The notes beneath the pieces were generated by a model. That model had not been told where the DNA came from. It searched no databases and saw nothing but the letters and a program-made list of their open reading frames with translations. Below, piece by piece: positions 27,103 to 36,268 of a stretch of DNA of 64,000 bases; position 1 is the first letter of the stretch, and every line of letters starts with the position of its first letter. Source of the DNA: Edaphobacter sp. (GTDB taxonomy: Bacteria > Acidobacteriota > Terriglobia > Terriglobales > Acidobacteriaceae); contig JAOAPF010000265.1 in the NCBI GenBank assembly GCA_025462755.1, positions 20,162-84,161 of the forward strand, written 5' to 3'. The translations under genes were made by a program, and so were the position numbers.

Positions 27103-29382
27103 CTAGAACTCGCCGCCGCTCATGGACGAAGAAGTGGGAGCAATGATCTTGGGGGAGCGCTTTCCGGGCTCCGAGGGCATATCAAGTTCATGTGTGTGCC
27201 AGACGATGCCCTCGTTTGCGATCTCTGTGTGTTTCTGGAGAAATTCGAAGGCGTAGGTGCTCGCGGTTGGGTCGTCCTTCTGGTCCGCAAACATGGCGGC
27301 TTGCTCCTTGGATAGGTCTTTCATGCCGAGCCGGCGGTACACGATCGAGAGGATGTAGTGGGCTGACAGATCATCCGGATCGATGGACTGGACCTTTTCA
27401 TATTCGACCCGGGCCATGTCGTATTTATGGAACTGGTAGTAGGAGAATCCCAGTTCGCGGTGGGCGTCTCGAGATTGCGGAAAGCTGGCCGCGACCTTCT
27501 GCAAATCGGCGATCGCCATATCCATGTTGCCGGAGTTGCGTTCGACGAGGGCGCGGTAGTAGAGGGCTCGCGCGTTTGCTGGAGCAAGCGTCAGGGCCTT
27601 TTCGAGGTTCGGACGGGCGTCGTCGTACCTCTGCCACTGGATCTGGACGATGGCAAGGTTGGTATAGGCGTCGGCATAGTCGGGACGAAGCTCGGCGACG
27701 CGGGCGAAGGCGCGGGCGGAGGCAGCGTACTGTTGGGCATCGAGCAACGCGATTCCATAGTTGTTCCAGCGCATCCATTCCTTGTTTTCTTCCGGTCCTG
27801 GAGTGACGGGGCTGTTGTCGCCAACTTGAATCGTGCGTGTTTTTGATGCCATGTCGACGATGGGCTGCTCGTAGTGCTTGCCCATACCGAAGTCCATGAA
27901 GTGTTGATCGAAGCGACGATACTTCACCATCGCGGTGATCGTGATCGGGCCCACAGCGGCTGGCGGCATGATGAAGGAGTAGCGCACCAGCTGAGACCGT
28001 CCAGACTGAATGGTGTTGTTGTAGGCAACGACGCGGTTCGTCCAGACCTGATGGAGATCGTTGAGGCCGCCGTTCACATTGACGAGGCGATTGGTGAAGC
28101 TATGGGCGCGTTCGTCGAGATCACCGTTTGGCTTGATGAAACCACTTTGATGCAGGACCTTACCGGCTGAGTCTTTTACGGTGAACTCTACCCAGGACTC
28201 GTACATATCGCGCTGCTCAGGCACGTGACTGTGTGCGATGCCTTTGTTCTGGATGACTACATCCGCGGTGATTGTCTCGCCGGGAGTGAGGGAGAAGCTG
28301 GTGAGACCCAATGGGGCTGCGATGCCCTTCAACGAGCTACTGTCGATTATTTCTCCGTGTTCGATGGCGAAGATATCGACATTGAAGACGTTGTTCTGAA
28401 GGAACTGCACGATCCTCGTCGCCTGTTCGTCAAAGCCGTAGATCTTTGGGATCACGGTATTCGCGCCCAGCCATCGGTGCGAAGCGAGCTGTCCCTTCTT
28501 CGCACCGGAGTCCGTCAGCTTCAACCCTTCGCGCTGCATATGGCAGGTCTGGCAGGTAGAGACAGAATCCTTCACGTAGAACGGCAGAGGCGATTGCTTG
28601 GCAAAGGAGGAGTTTTGCCACTCGTCGTAGAGGAAGATGGCACGCTGCCATTTGTAGTCGTTCAGAGCGCGTGGCAAAGCCGCCTTGTGGCAGGGCGAGC
28701 AGAACTCCGAGGTGCGGTAGAAGTCTTTCATGACGGCTTTGCTGTGGCGATCGAGATGGGCAAGGATCTCGCCGTCGGAGACCTTGCGGGTGATAGGTTT
28801 GCCGTCTTCATCGACCAGTACGGCGGGCACCCCCATGACGTAGCTGCCGGTGCCACGGGTGTCGATTTTCTGGATGGAGTGGCAGACCGTGCAGGTAACG
28901 CCATCCTGATCATAGGGACGCTTCTTCGGTGCGCCCTGCGTTATGGCTCCGGCCACGACAGAGATCGGGTCGTGACAACCCTCGCAGTGGCGGGAGAATT
29001 CGACCCCCTTAGAGTCATTCAGCAGCGCCACATTTTTGAGGTAATATGGGACGCGGTTGGCGTTGGAATGAGCGGACTCGCGCCACTGCTTGTGACTCTC
29101 CTGATGACAATGGCCACAGTACTCCGCGGTGGGAAAACTCTTGGGGTCGAGAAACTCGCCCGTATCCGTCATCGCATTGGAGGGTATGAAGGGGAGTTCT
29201 TTGCCGAAGCGATAGTTGTACTTGGCGGCGATTTTCTCGGTGTATTCATGACGCGCTACGGCGGCCTCATCGGCCTGGGTGCCAGCCTTCACCGCTCCAG
29301 GTTGGAGCAAGATCCGGCTTGCCAAGCCTATCCCGATAATCAGGGCGAATGCGGCCGCGCGTTTTCGATTTTTGATCGCCAT
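27103..29382 (-). CDS. Multiheme cytochrome c (c554-like) fused to C-terminal TPR repeats
   Basis: Five CxxCH motifs (CGHCH, CEGCH, CTVCH, CSPCH, CQTCH); W..S.H motif; TPR helices (PDYADAYTNLA, P.NARALYY, DPDDLSAHY.L); signal anchor. Confidence 0.88.
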   Translation of the reverse strand: MAIKNRKRAAAFALIIGIGLASRILLQPGAVKAGTQADEAAVARHEYTEKIAAKYNYRFGKELPFIPSNAMTDTGEFLDPKSFPTAEYCGHCHQESHKQWRESAHSNANRVPYYLKNVALLNDSKGVEFSRHCEGCHDPISVVAGAITQGAPKKRPYDQDGVTCTVCHSIQKIDTRGTGSYVMGVPAVLVDEDGKPITRKVSDGEILAHLDRHSKAVMKDFYRTSEFCSPCHKAALPRALNDYKWQRAIFLYDEWQNSSFAKQSPLPFYVKDSVSTCQTCHMQREGLKLTDSGAKKGQLASHRWLGANTVIPKIYGFDEQATRIVQFLQNNVFNVDIFAIEHGEIIDSSSLKGIAAPLGLTSFSLTPGETITADVVIQNKGIAHSHVPEQRDMYESWVEFTVKDSAGKVLHQSGFIKPNGDLDERAHSFTNRLVNVNGGLNDLHQVWTNRVVAYNNTIQSGRSQLVRYSFIMPPAAVGPITITAMVKYRRFDQHFMDFGMGKHYEQPIVDMASKTRTIQVGDNSPVTPGPEENKEWMRWNNYGIALLDAQQYAASARAFARVAELRPDYADAYTNLAIVQIQWQRYDDARPNLEKALTLAPANARALYYRALVERNSGNMDMAIADLQKVAASFPQSRDAHRELGFSYYQFHKYDMARVEYEKVQSIDPDDLSAHYILSIVYRRLGMKDLSKEQAAMFADQKDDPTASTYAFEFLQKHTEIANEGIVWHTHELDMPSEPGKRSPKIIAPTSSSMSGGEF

Positions 29383-29701
29383 ATCTTTTAGAGCGCTTCA
29401 CCACAATCCACCACTGCCAACGGATCATTGGGAACATGAGAATACTAAAGACGAAATGGACGTCTGTCTTCCATCTTAAGATGTAGTTTTTTCTCAATCC
29501 TGGCTTTGGGATGGCAGGCTCAGGTGAAATCCTGCTATATTTCGTTGGAAACTTTTTCCAGCTTCAATATGCATCGATAATCCCATTCCTTGGATGCGAT
29601 TTGAGAGCCAAGTAAGCGTTTTCCCGTTTGGGACGCAGCAAAAAGATGAAAGGTTGACTATGGGCATGGCTTCGAGAAATTTCACAGGTGGACATCTGAA
29701 G

Positions 29702-31615
29702 ATGCGACAAGTGCTTACGAATACGGCGCTCTGCGTGATAGTGGGCGCATCCACCGGGGCTTGCCTTGCGCAGCCGGCGGCGGTCACGCTTAACATCCAG
29801 TTGGACAAGCCAGTGCACACGGTTAGTCCGACACTCTATGGGTTGATGACCGAGGAGATCAACTACTCCTACGACGGCGGTCTCTATGCAGAGATGGTGC
29901 GCAACCGCACCTTTCAGGATCACGGCTTTGGCGGAGTGGCTCACTGGAATATTGAGCATTTGGGAAATTCCGTTGCTTCCATGGCGATCGATCGGACCGA
30001 AGGACCTGGCGCTGCGCTTGAACATAGCCTGGCACTCGATGTGAAACAGGCCGACGCAACCAATCGCGCGGGGGTACGGAACGAAGGCTACTGGGGAATG
30101 GCACTGCGGCCCACTACTACCTACAAGGGTTCGCTTTATGCTAAAGCCGACTCCGCTGACGTAGGGCCCATGACCGCGGATCTGGTCAACGACAACACAG
30201 GCAAATCGGTGGCGTCAGCAACGATGCCCGGTCTTTCTACAGAGTGGAAGAAATATGAGTTCACCCTGACGACGGGAAAGATTGAGACCTCAGCGCAAAA
30301 TCACCTTTTACTGACGGTAGGACACCCGGGCAAAGTGTGGATCGATCTCGTGTCTTTGTTTCCGCCTACCTTCACGAATCGTGAAAATGGAAACCGTCCC
30401 GATCTGATGGAGATGATGGCGGCGATGCATCCGAAGTTCTTGCGGCTGCCCGGCGGCAATTATCTTGAAGGCGATCAGATCGACGAGAGGTTCGACTGGA
30501 AGAATACAATCGGGCCGCTTGTCGACCGACCCACGCACCGCAGCCCATGGAACTATCAATCGTCGGATGGAACGGGCTTGTTGGAGTTCCTGGAGTGGAG
30601 CGAGGATCTGAAGATCGAAACGGTACTGGCGGTCTATGCTGGATACTCGTTGAAGGGGGACCACATCAATCCCGGGCCAGCGCTGGTTCCCTTCCTGCAG
30701 GATGCGCTCGATGAGATTGAGTTCGCGACCGGAGATGCGTCTACAAAATGGGGTGCAGTGCGGGCGAAGCTTGGTCATCCGGCGCCATTTGCAGTGAAGT
30801 ATATCGAGATCGGCAATGAAGACTGGTTCGATAAATCGGGAAGCTATGAAGGGCGCTACGCGCAGTTCTACAAGGCGATCAAGGCCAAATATCCGCAGCT
30901 TGAATTGATTGCGACTGCGCCACTGAAGAGAATGAAGCCGGATGTCCTCGACGATCATTATTACAAGCGTGCGGACGAGTTCTTCGCTGACGTGAAGCAC
31001 TATGACAATGTGGACCGGAATGGCCCGAAGATATTTGTGGGCGAGTGGGCGACGCGTGAAGGGTCCCCAACCACGAACATGGGCGCGGCACTAGGGGATG
31101 CGGCGTGGATGACGGGCATGGAGAGAAACAGCGACCTGATCGTGCTGGCCTCGTATGCGCCGCTGTTCGTCAACGTAAACCCGGGAGGGATGCAGTGGGA
31201 GTCGAACCTGATCGGGTACGACGCCCTTACCAGCTATGGATCACCCTCCTATTACGCGCAGGTATTGTTTGCCAAATACCTTGGAACCGAAGTGCCTGCA
31301 TCCTCCGCCAACGGCGCCGCAGAGCGGTTCTTTTATTCGGTCACACGCGATCCTGGGAAGAGCGCGGTGTATCTCAAACTCGTTAATGCGTCATCTGTCG
31401 CTCAGCCTGTTGAAATTGAGATGACAGGTGCGAGCAACGTCGCGAGTGCAGCTACGCTTGAGACTTTGACGGGGGCTACCCTGGCGCAGACGAACACCAT
31501 CTCGTCTCCAACGCGCATTGTGCCAGTGCAAACAACGATTAAAGGAGCTGGAACGAAGTTTAGTCACACGATTCCACCTTATTCCATACAGGTGCTTGAG
31601 TTAAAGGCAAAATAG
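29702..31615 (+). CDS. Secreted GH51 alpha-L-arabinofuranosidase with CBM-like insert
   Basis: EEINYSYDGGLYAE..RNR.F, FLRLPGGN, IEIGNE, IFVGEWA, ERNSDL..ASYAPLF. Confidence 0.9.
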   Translation: MRQVLTNTALCVIVGASTGACLAQPAAVTLNIQLDKPVHTVSPTLYGLMTEEINYSYDGGLYAEMVRNRTFQDHGFGGVAHWNIEHLGNSVASMAIDRTEGPGAALEHSLALDVKQADATNRAGVRNEGYWGMALRPTTTYKGSLYAKADSADVGPMTADLVNDNTGKSVASATMPGLSTEWKKYEFTLTTGKIETSAQNHLLLTVGHPGKVWIDLVSLFPPTFTNRENGNRPDLMEMMAAMHPKFLRLPGGNYLEGDQIDERFDWKNTIGPLVDRPTHRSPWNYQSSDGTGLLEFLEWSEDLKIETVLAVYAGYSLKGDHINPGPALVPFLQDALDEIEFATGDASTKWGAVRAKLGHPAPFAVKYIEIGNEDWFDKSGSYEGRYAQFYKAIKAKYPQLELIATAPLKRMKPDVLDDHYYKRADEFFADVKHYDNVDRNGPKIFVGEWATREGSPTTNMGAALGDAAWMTGMERNSDLIVLASYAPLFVNVNPGGMQWESNLIGYDALTSYGSPSYYAQVLFAKYLGTEVPASSANGAAERFFYSVTRDPGKSAVYLKLVNASSVAQPVEIEMTGASNVASAATLETLTGATLAQTNTISSPTRIVPVQTTIKGAGTKFSHTIPPYSIQVLELKAK

Positions 31616-31645
31616 GTCGTTGAAAAACTCCTACTTCTGCCAGAC

Positions 31646-31677
31646 CAGTCTCGGGCGACTTTGGCTCGCCCAGACTG
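31646..31677. terminator. Stable hairpin downstream of GH51
   Basis: CAGTCT(C)GGGCGA-loop-TCGCCCAGACTG; no clear U-tract. Confidence 0.35.
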
Positions 31678-31987
31678 CAGGCGATTTGGACCAGATGAGG
31701 CACGATTTCTTGCGGACGGATTTCGGCTGGCGACCTGGTAGCGGTCAGCATGGGAGTTCTTTGGTTGAAGACGGCCATATGACTAGCCTAAGAAAGGTCT
31801 AGAGGATTGACACGAGTAGTCGTCTTGACCACTTTATCGAGCCAGAGCGGGGCCGGATTACCCTAGCCAAACGGTGGTTTTCGAAATCTACCCAATTTCG
31901 CAAATGCACTGCTGATCGCGAAATTCATTTGGCAGTAACTCTACTGAATTCCGGCATTCACAATTGAACCTTACGCTCAGTCTCATC

Positions 31988-32749
31988 ATGAGACAAATAA
32001 ACCTGGTGGCAAACTGGGTCGTCCTGTTTGCATCGGCAAGCTTGCACGCGCAGCACTCTATAGCAACGGAAACACCCTCTAAACTATCGTCGAGCCACAC
32101 CAGCTTTTATATCGACCCGTTGCCATTTCAACTTTCTCTGATCCTGTCTCCACCTCCTGCCCGGGACTCAGATACGACTACTGCCGAGCTTAATGAGCTA
32201 CATCATATCGAGGCCGCTCGCACACCCGTGCAGATCACGCAGGCCCAGACTGACGACCATGAAGAAGATATCTTTATCTTCGAGAGCGTGCTGGGTACAG
32301 GTTTCACTGCTGAGGCTTTGCCTGTTACGGCTACACTTTCCGCGCATATTCGCAAGGATGAAAGTGCTGCCAGTGGTTCCCTTAAGAAGTTTTATCACCG
32401 TCCCCGCCCTTATCAGGTTGACAGCACGCTTCACCCAGTCTGCCCACTGAACCCGGAGCCGACTTCGTACCCGAGCGGACATTCGCTTTCTGGCTATCTA
32501 CTGGCTTTTACTCTTGTGCAGTTAGTCCCCGAGAAACGCCAGCAGATCCTAGATCGCGCCGACGAGTATGTTCACAACCGGCTTATCTGCGGTGTTCACT
32601 ACGCCAGCGATATTGAAGCAAGTCGCAGCGTCGCCTACGCGATCTTTGGCTCGTTGCTGGCTTCGCCAGAATTTCAACGAGACCTGGGAGCCGCGCGTGA
32701 AGAGACGCGCCGCAAACTAGGTCTTCCTTTGGCAGTTCCTCAGCAATAA
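31988..32749 (+). CDS. PAP2-superfamily (class A-like) acid phosphatase, secreted
   Basis: K..YHRPRP, SYPSGH, RL.CGVHY.SD catalytic motifs. Confidence 0.9.
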   Translation: MRQINLVANWVVLFASASLHAQHSIATETPSKLSSSHTSFYIDPLPFQLSLILSPPPARDSDTTTAELNELHHIEAARTPVQITQAQTDDHEEDIFIFESVLGTGFTAEALPVTATLSAHIRKDESAASGSLKKFYHRPRPYQVDSTLHPVCPLNPEPTSYPSGHSLSGYLLAFTLVQLVPEKRQQILDRADEYVHNRLICGVHYASDIEASRSVAYAIFGSLLASPEFQRDLGAAREETRRKLGLPLAVPQQ

Positions 32750-32836
32750 GAAGTGCTCGAGGCATCAACTCGCGCTCTCCGCTGAAAACCCGATCTTCAC
32801 CGTAGTCGTTTGATTGCAACTTTACCGGAGGGATTT

Positions 32837-35545
32837 GTGACCCACATTAAACTTTATCGTTGGAGCGTCGCGCTACTGCTCACTCTATGTTCGCTACTAC
32901 TCTTTGCCACGCCGCTCAATGCTCAGGCGACCGGCGCCACCATCATAGGGACCGTAACCGATAGCAAGGGTGCGGTGCTTCAAAACGCGACCATCAGCGT
33001 GAACAATGAATCGAGCGGAAATGTCGGCAGCACCAAGGTCGATGCGCAGGGTCACTTTTCCCTCAGCAGCCTTATTCCTGGCCGTTACACTGTTGAAGTC
33101 TCTGCCCCTGGTTTCGATCTCAACCGCCGCACCGTGCAACTTACCGCAGGGCAGGACCAAGACATCGCTATTGCGCTGAACATCGGCGGCGTGTCGCAGC
33201 AGGTTACTGTTCAGGCCAATTCCCTTGGATCCATCGCCGCCGCACTGGCTCCTATGGACGCCTCGCTCGAAGCCACCTCTGCGCGCACTTACATTTCTCC
33301 TACTTTTATCCAGAACTTCACCTCACCCGTTGCCGACTACGGTGAGGCGGTCGCGATGGCGCCGGGGACCTTTACCCTCAACGGCAATGGCGTCGGGCTT
33401 GGCCAATCCAACACCTACTTCCGTGGCTTTCCCGATGGCAACTATGACATCGACTTCGACGGCATCCCCTTCTACGACACGAACACCCCCTCGCATCACT
33501 CGTGGGCCTTTTTCCCTGCGCAGTTCCTCGGCGGCATCGACTTCGACCGCAGTCCCGGCACCGCCTCTACCGTTGGTCCGACTCCCTTTGGCGGCACCAT
33601 CCACCTGCTCTCCAAAGACATCTCGCCTGTCCAGAATGTCCGCGGTCAATTCGCCTATGGTTCGTTCAATACTTATCTTTACGACGGCCAATTTGATTCG
33701 GCCGATGTCCTTCCCAACAAGAGGCTCACCTTCCAACTCGACGTCCACCATCTGCAATCCGATGGCTACCAGACCTTTAATCATCAAACCCGTAACGGCG
33801 GCGATATAAAGGTTCAGTACAAGATCTCCGAAAAAACCACTCTTACCGGCTTTTCCGGCGTCATCTGGCTTGATGCCAACACTCCCAACTTCAGCGCAAC
33901 GCGTTGCCAGATGTACGGCGCCGCCAGCGACTATGCCTGCACCGGCGCGCTTGCTCCGTTTGCGAACGCGGGCCTCAACTTTCTTCTTACTGATAACTCA
34001 GACCCGGTCAATTTTCTCAACAATCAGTACAACTATTACCATGTGCCCACTGACTTTGAATACGTTGGAATGCATAGCGAATTGGGGCACAACATCGTCG
34101 TCGATGTGAAGCCATATACCTATAACTACGACAACAGTGAAAAGTATTCCAACGCTACGCCAATCACCGAAGCCACAACCATCAACGGATCGAAGACCTA
34201 CAACAGTCTCGCTATCGCACCTTGTAACGTGCCCGTCACCAAGAAGGGCGTGACGGCTATTCCCTGTGGCGTGGACAAGTACAACAGCTATCGCAAATAT
34301 GGGGAGACTTCAACAATCAGCCAGATTTCGAAGTATGGGATTCTACGCGCCGGTCTATGGTATGAGTGGGCGGCCACCAGTCGCCACCAGTTCCCCAGCG
34401 ACCCTCTCAAGAACTGGGCCGATCAGGCGCTCTCCAACTTCAACGAACAGTTCTGGACTAACTCCTACCAGCCCTATGCCGAGTATCAGCTTCACGTCAC
34501 GAGGAGTCTGAACGTTACCGCCGGCACGAAGTTCGCCTATTACGACATCGCCACCAAACAGTATGCGGACAACGGGAAGACAATCGGCGGTCTCGGCACG
34601 AACAATCCCAATTCCTTTATCACCAACGGCGGCAGCTACTCCGCGTGGCTGCCTTCAATCGACGCTAACTACCGCATGAAGAGCAACTGGTCAGTCTATG
34701 GTCAAGTCGCTACCGGTAGCGTCGTTCCTCCCAGCAAGGTATTCGACTACGCTCAGGGCCCGAGCGGCACTCCAGTCAAGACCCTGCCCAAACAGCAGCG
34801 CAACACCACCTACCAGGCGGGCACAGTTCTTAAGCTCAAGCGCGTTACTCTCGATGCGGATTTTTATCACATCCGCTTTCAGAACAGCTACTCCTCCACA
34901 CTCGATCCTACCGGAGAGCCGGTCTATTTTCTGCAGCCCAGCTCGATCACGAAGGGGTTCGAGGCGGAGACCAACATCTACATCGCCCATGGTATTAGCG
35001 CCTATCTCAACGCCTCCGTCGGTCGCGCATCATACGTTGGCAATCTGAGCGTCAACTGCGCGCCGGCGAATTGCACTGGTGCGCCGATCACCGTCACAGC
35101 GCCCTCCGGCCTGTGGGTCGCCAATACGCCCTCCGACACTGAGGCTGAAGGCGTCACATATCAGCGCAAGGGCTGGGACGTTGGTGTGTTCAACAAGCGC
35201 ATCGGTACGTTCTACGCAGACAACGGTGCCTATCACAACCAGGCCACGATCAACCCGTTCAATCAGACAAACGCCTATTTCAATTACACGATTCGAACGA
35301 GCGGCCGCTTCGACCAGACCAAGCTTCGTCTGAGCTTTAACAACCTATTCGATCAACACAACATCACCGGCGACTCCATCACTGGCACGGCTCTTACCCA
35401 GTCGATCAAAGCCAATGGCACCAGCTACACCGATCCTTTCACTACGGCCGGCCCTACACCCATCGGCGGGGGTGACAACATTAGCGTACTTCCCGGACGC
35501 AGCATCATGCTCGCCGTGACCTTTGGATTGTCTCCAAAGCGATAA
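32837..35545 (+). CDS. TonB-dependent receptor
   Basis: GTG after GGAGG; signal peptide, carboxypeptidase-like N-domain, RGF.DG....FDGIP plug, NNLFD, PGRS C-terminus. Confidence 0.9.
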   Translation: MTHIKLYRWSVALLLTLCSLLLFATPLNAQATGATIIGTVTDSKGAVLQNATISVNNESSGNVGSTKVDAQGHFSLSSLIPGRYTVEVSAPGFDLNRRTVQLTAGQDQDIAIALNIGGVSQQVTVQANSLGSIAAALAPMDASLEATSARTYISPTFIQNFTSPVADYGEAVAMAPGTFTLNGNGVGLGQSNTYFRGFPDGNYDIDFDGIPFYDTNTPSHHSWAFFPAQFLGGIDFDRSPGTASTVGPTPFGGTIHLLSKDISPVQNVRGQFAYGSFNTYLYDGQFDSADVLPNKRLTFQLDVHHLQSDGYQTFNHQTRNGGDIKVQYKISEKTTLTGFSGVIWLDANTPNFSATRCQMYGAASDYACTGALAPFANAGLNFLLTDNSDPVNFLNNQYNYYHVPTDFEYVGMHSELGHNIVVDVKPYTYNYDNSEKYSNATPITEATTINGSKTYNSLAIAPCNVPVTKKGVTAIPCGVDKYNSYRKYGETSTISQISKYGILRAGLWYEWAATSRHQFPSDPLKNWADQALSNFNEQFWTNSYQPYAEYQLHVTRSLNVTAGTKFAYYDIATKQYADNGKTIGGLGTNNPNSFITNGGSYSAWLPSIDANYRMKSNWSVYGQVATGSVVPPSKVFDYAQGPSGTPVKTLPKQQRNTTYQAGTVLKLKRVTLDADFYHIRFQNSYSSTLDPTGEPVYFLQPSSITKGFEAETNIYIAHGISAYLNASVGRASYVGNLSVNCAPANCTGAPITVTAPSGLWVANTPSDTEAEGVTYQRKGWDVGVFNKRIGTFYADNGAYHNQATINPFNQTNAYFNYTIRTSGRFDQTKLRLSFNNLFDQHNITGDSITGTALTQSIKANGTSYTDPFTTAGPTPIGGGDNISVLPGRSIMLAVTFGLSPKR

Positions 35546-35561
35546 AGGCGTTTGCTGAGTG

Positions 35562-35601
35562 TGAGCCGTGCCGCTGATGTTTTGGCGACACGGCTCATTT
35601 T
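35562..35601 (+). terminator. Rho-independent terminator
   Basis: TGAGCCGTG...CACGGCTCA stem followed by TTTT, between convergent genes. Confidence 0.65.
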
Positions 35602-35632
35602 CTGTCTATCGGCCTAGTAAAAAGGAGCGCCG

Positions 35633-36268
35633 CTAAATATCCGGAATAAGGTGTTCTCGCATGGCGAACCGAACAAGGTCGGAGTTCGTCTTAAGACCAA
35701 AGTCTTCCATGATGCGATATTTGTGAAAGGCGATCGTGCGCACAGCGATGTTAAGAATCTCAGCCGCTTCTTTCATCGAGTGTCCCTCAGCCAGGAGTTG
35801 TAAGACCTGCCGCTGACGTGTTGTGAGCTCCTTGATTCGGCTCTGATGAGGGGCGCGGATAAATTCATCAATCAATCTCTGTGCAATACTTGGCGTCACA
35901 TAGGAATAGCCTCGCAAGACTTCGCCGATAGCGCGCTTCAACTCGACGCCGGCGGACTCCTTCAGCAGATAACCAGACGACCATTGACAGAGCGCCTTTG
36001 AAGCAACATCGGGATCATCATTCATTGCGAGAAGGATAACTTTCGTCTTGGGCAGAAGCTTCGTCAGTTCCAGACCGGCTTCGGAGCCGATCAACAACGA
36101 CATGTCCATGTCCATTAGAACGATGTCAGGCTTCAACTCCGCCGCGACTGAGAGCAGGGTCTTTCCATCAGTAACGACTTTGATGACCTGGTAATCGGGT
36201 TCGATCAGGTCTTTGAAGGCCTCGGCAAACAGAGTGTCATCTGCAATCAAAATTCGCGGTCGGTCCAT
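35633..36268 (-). CDS. NarL/LuxR-family response regulator
   Basis: IADD, VLMD, GYLLKES, LT.RQ.QVLQLLAEG.SMKE.A..L..RTI.FHKY. Confidence 0.9.
   Translation of the reverse strand: MDRPRILIADDTLFAEAFKDLIEPDYQVIKVVTDGKTLLSVAAELKPDIVLMDMDMSLLIGSEAGLELTKLLPKTKVILLAMNDDPDVASKALCQWSSGYLLKESAGVELKRAIGEVLRGYSYVTPSIAQRLIDEFIRAPHQSRIKELTTRQRQVLQLLAEGHSMKEAAEILNIAVRTIAFHKYRIMEDFGLKTNSDLVRFAMREHLIPDI

Noticed and set aside
25079-29391. 404-aa (25079-26293, -) and 388-aa (28225-29391, +) ORFs as overlapping genes
   Set aside because: Codon-register antisense mirrors of the CRTAC1 and multiheme-TPR genes.
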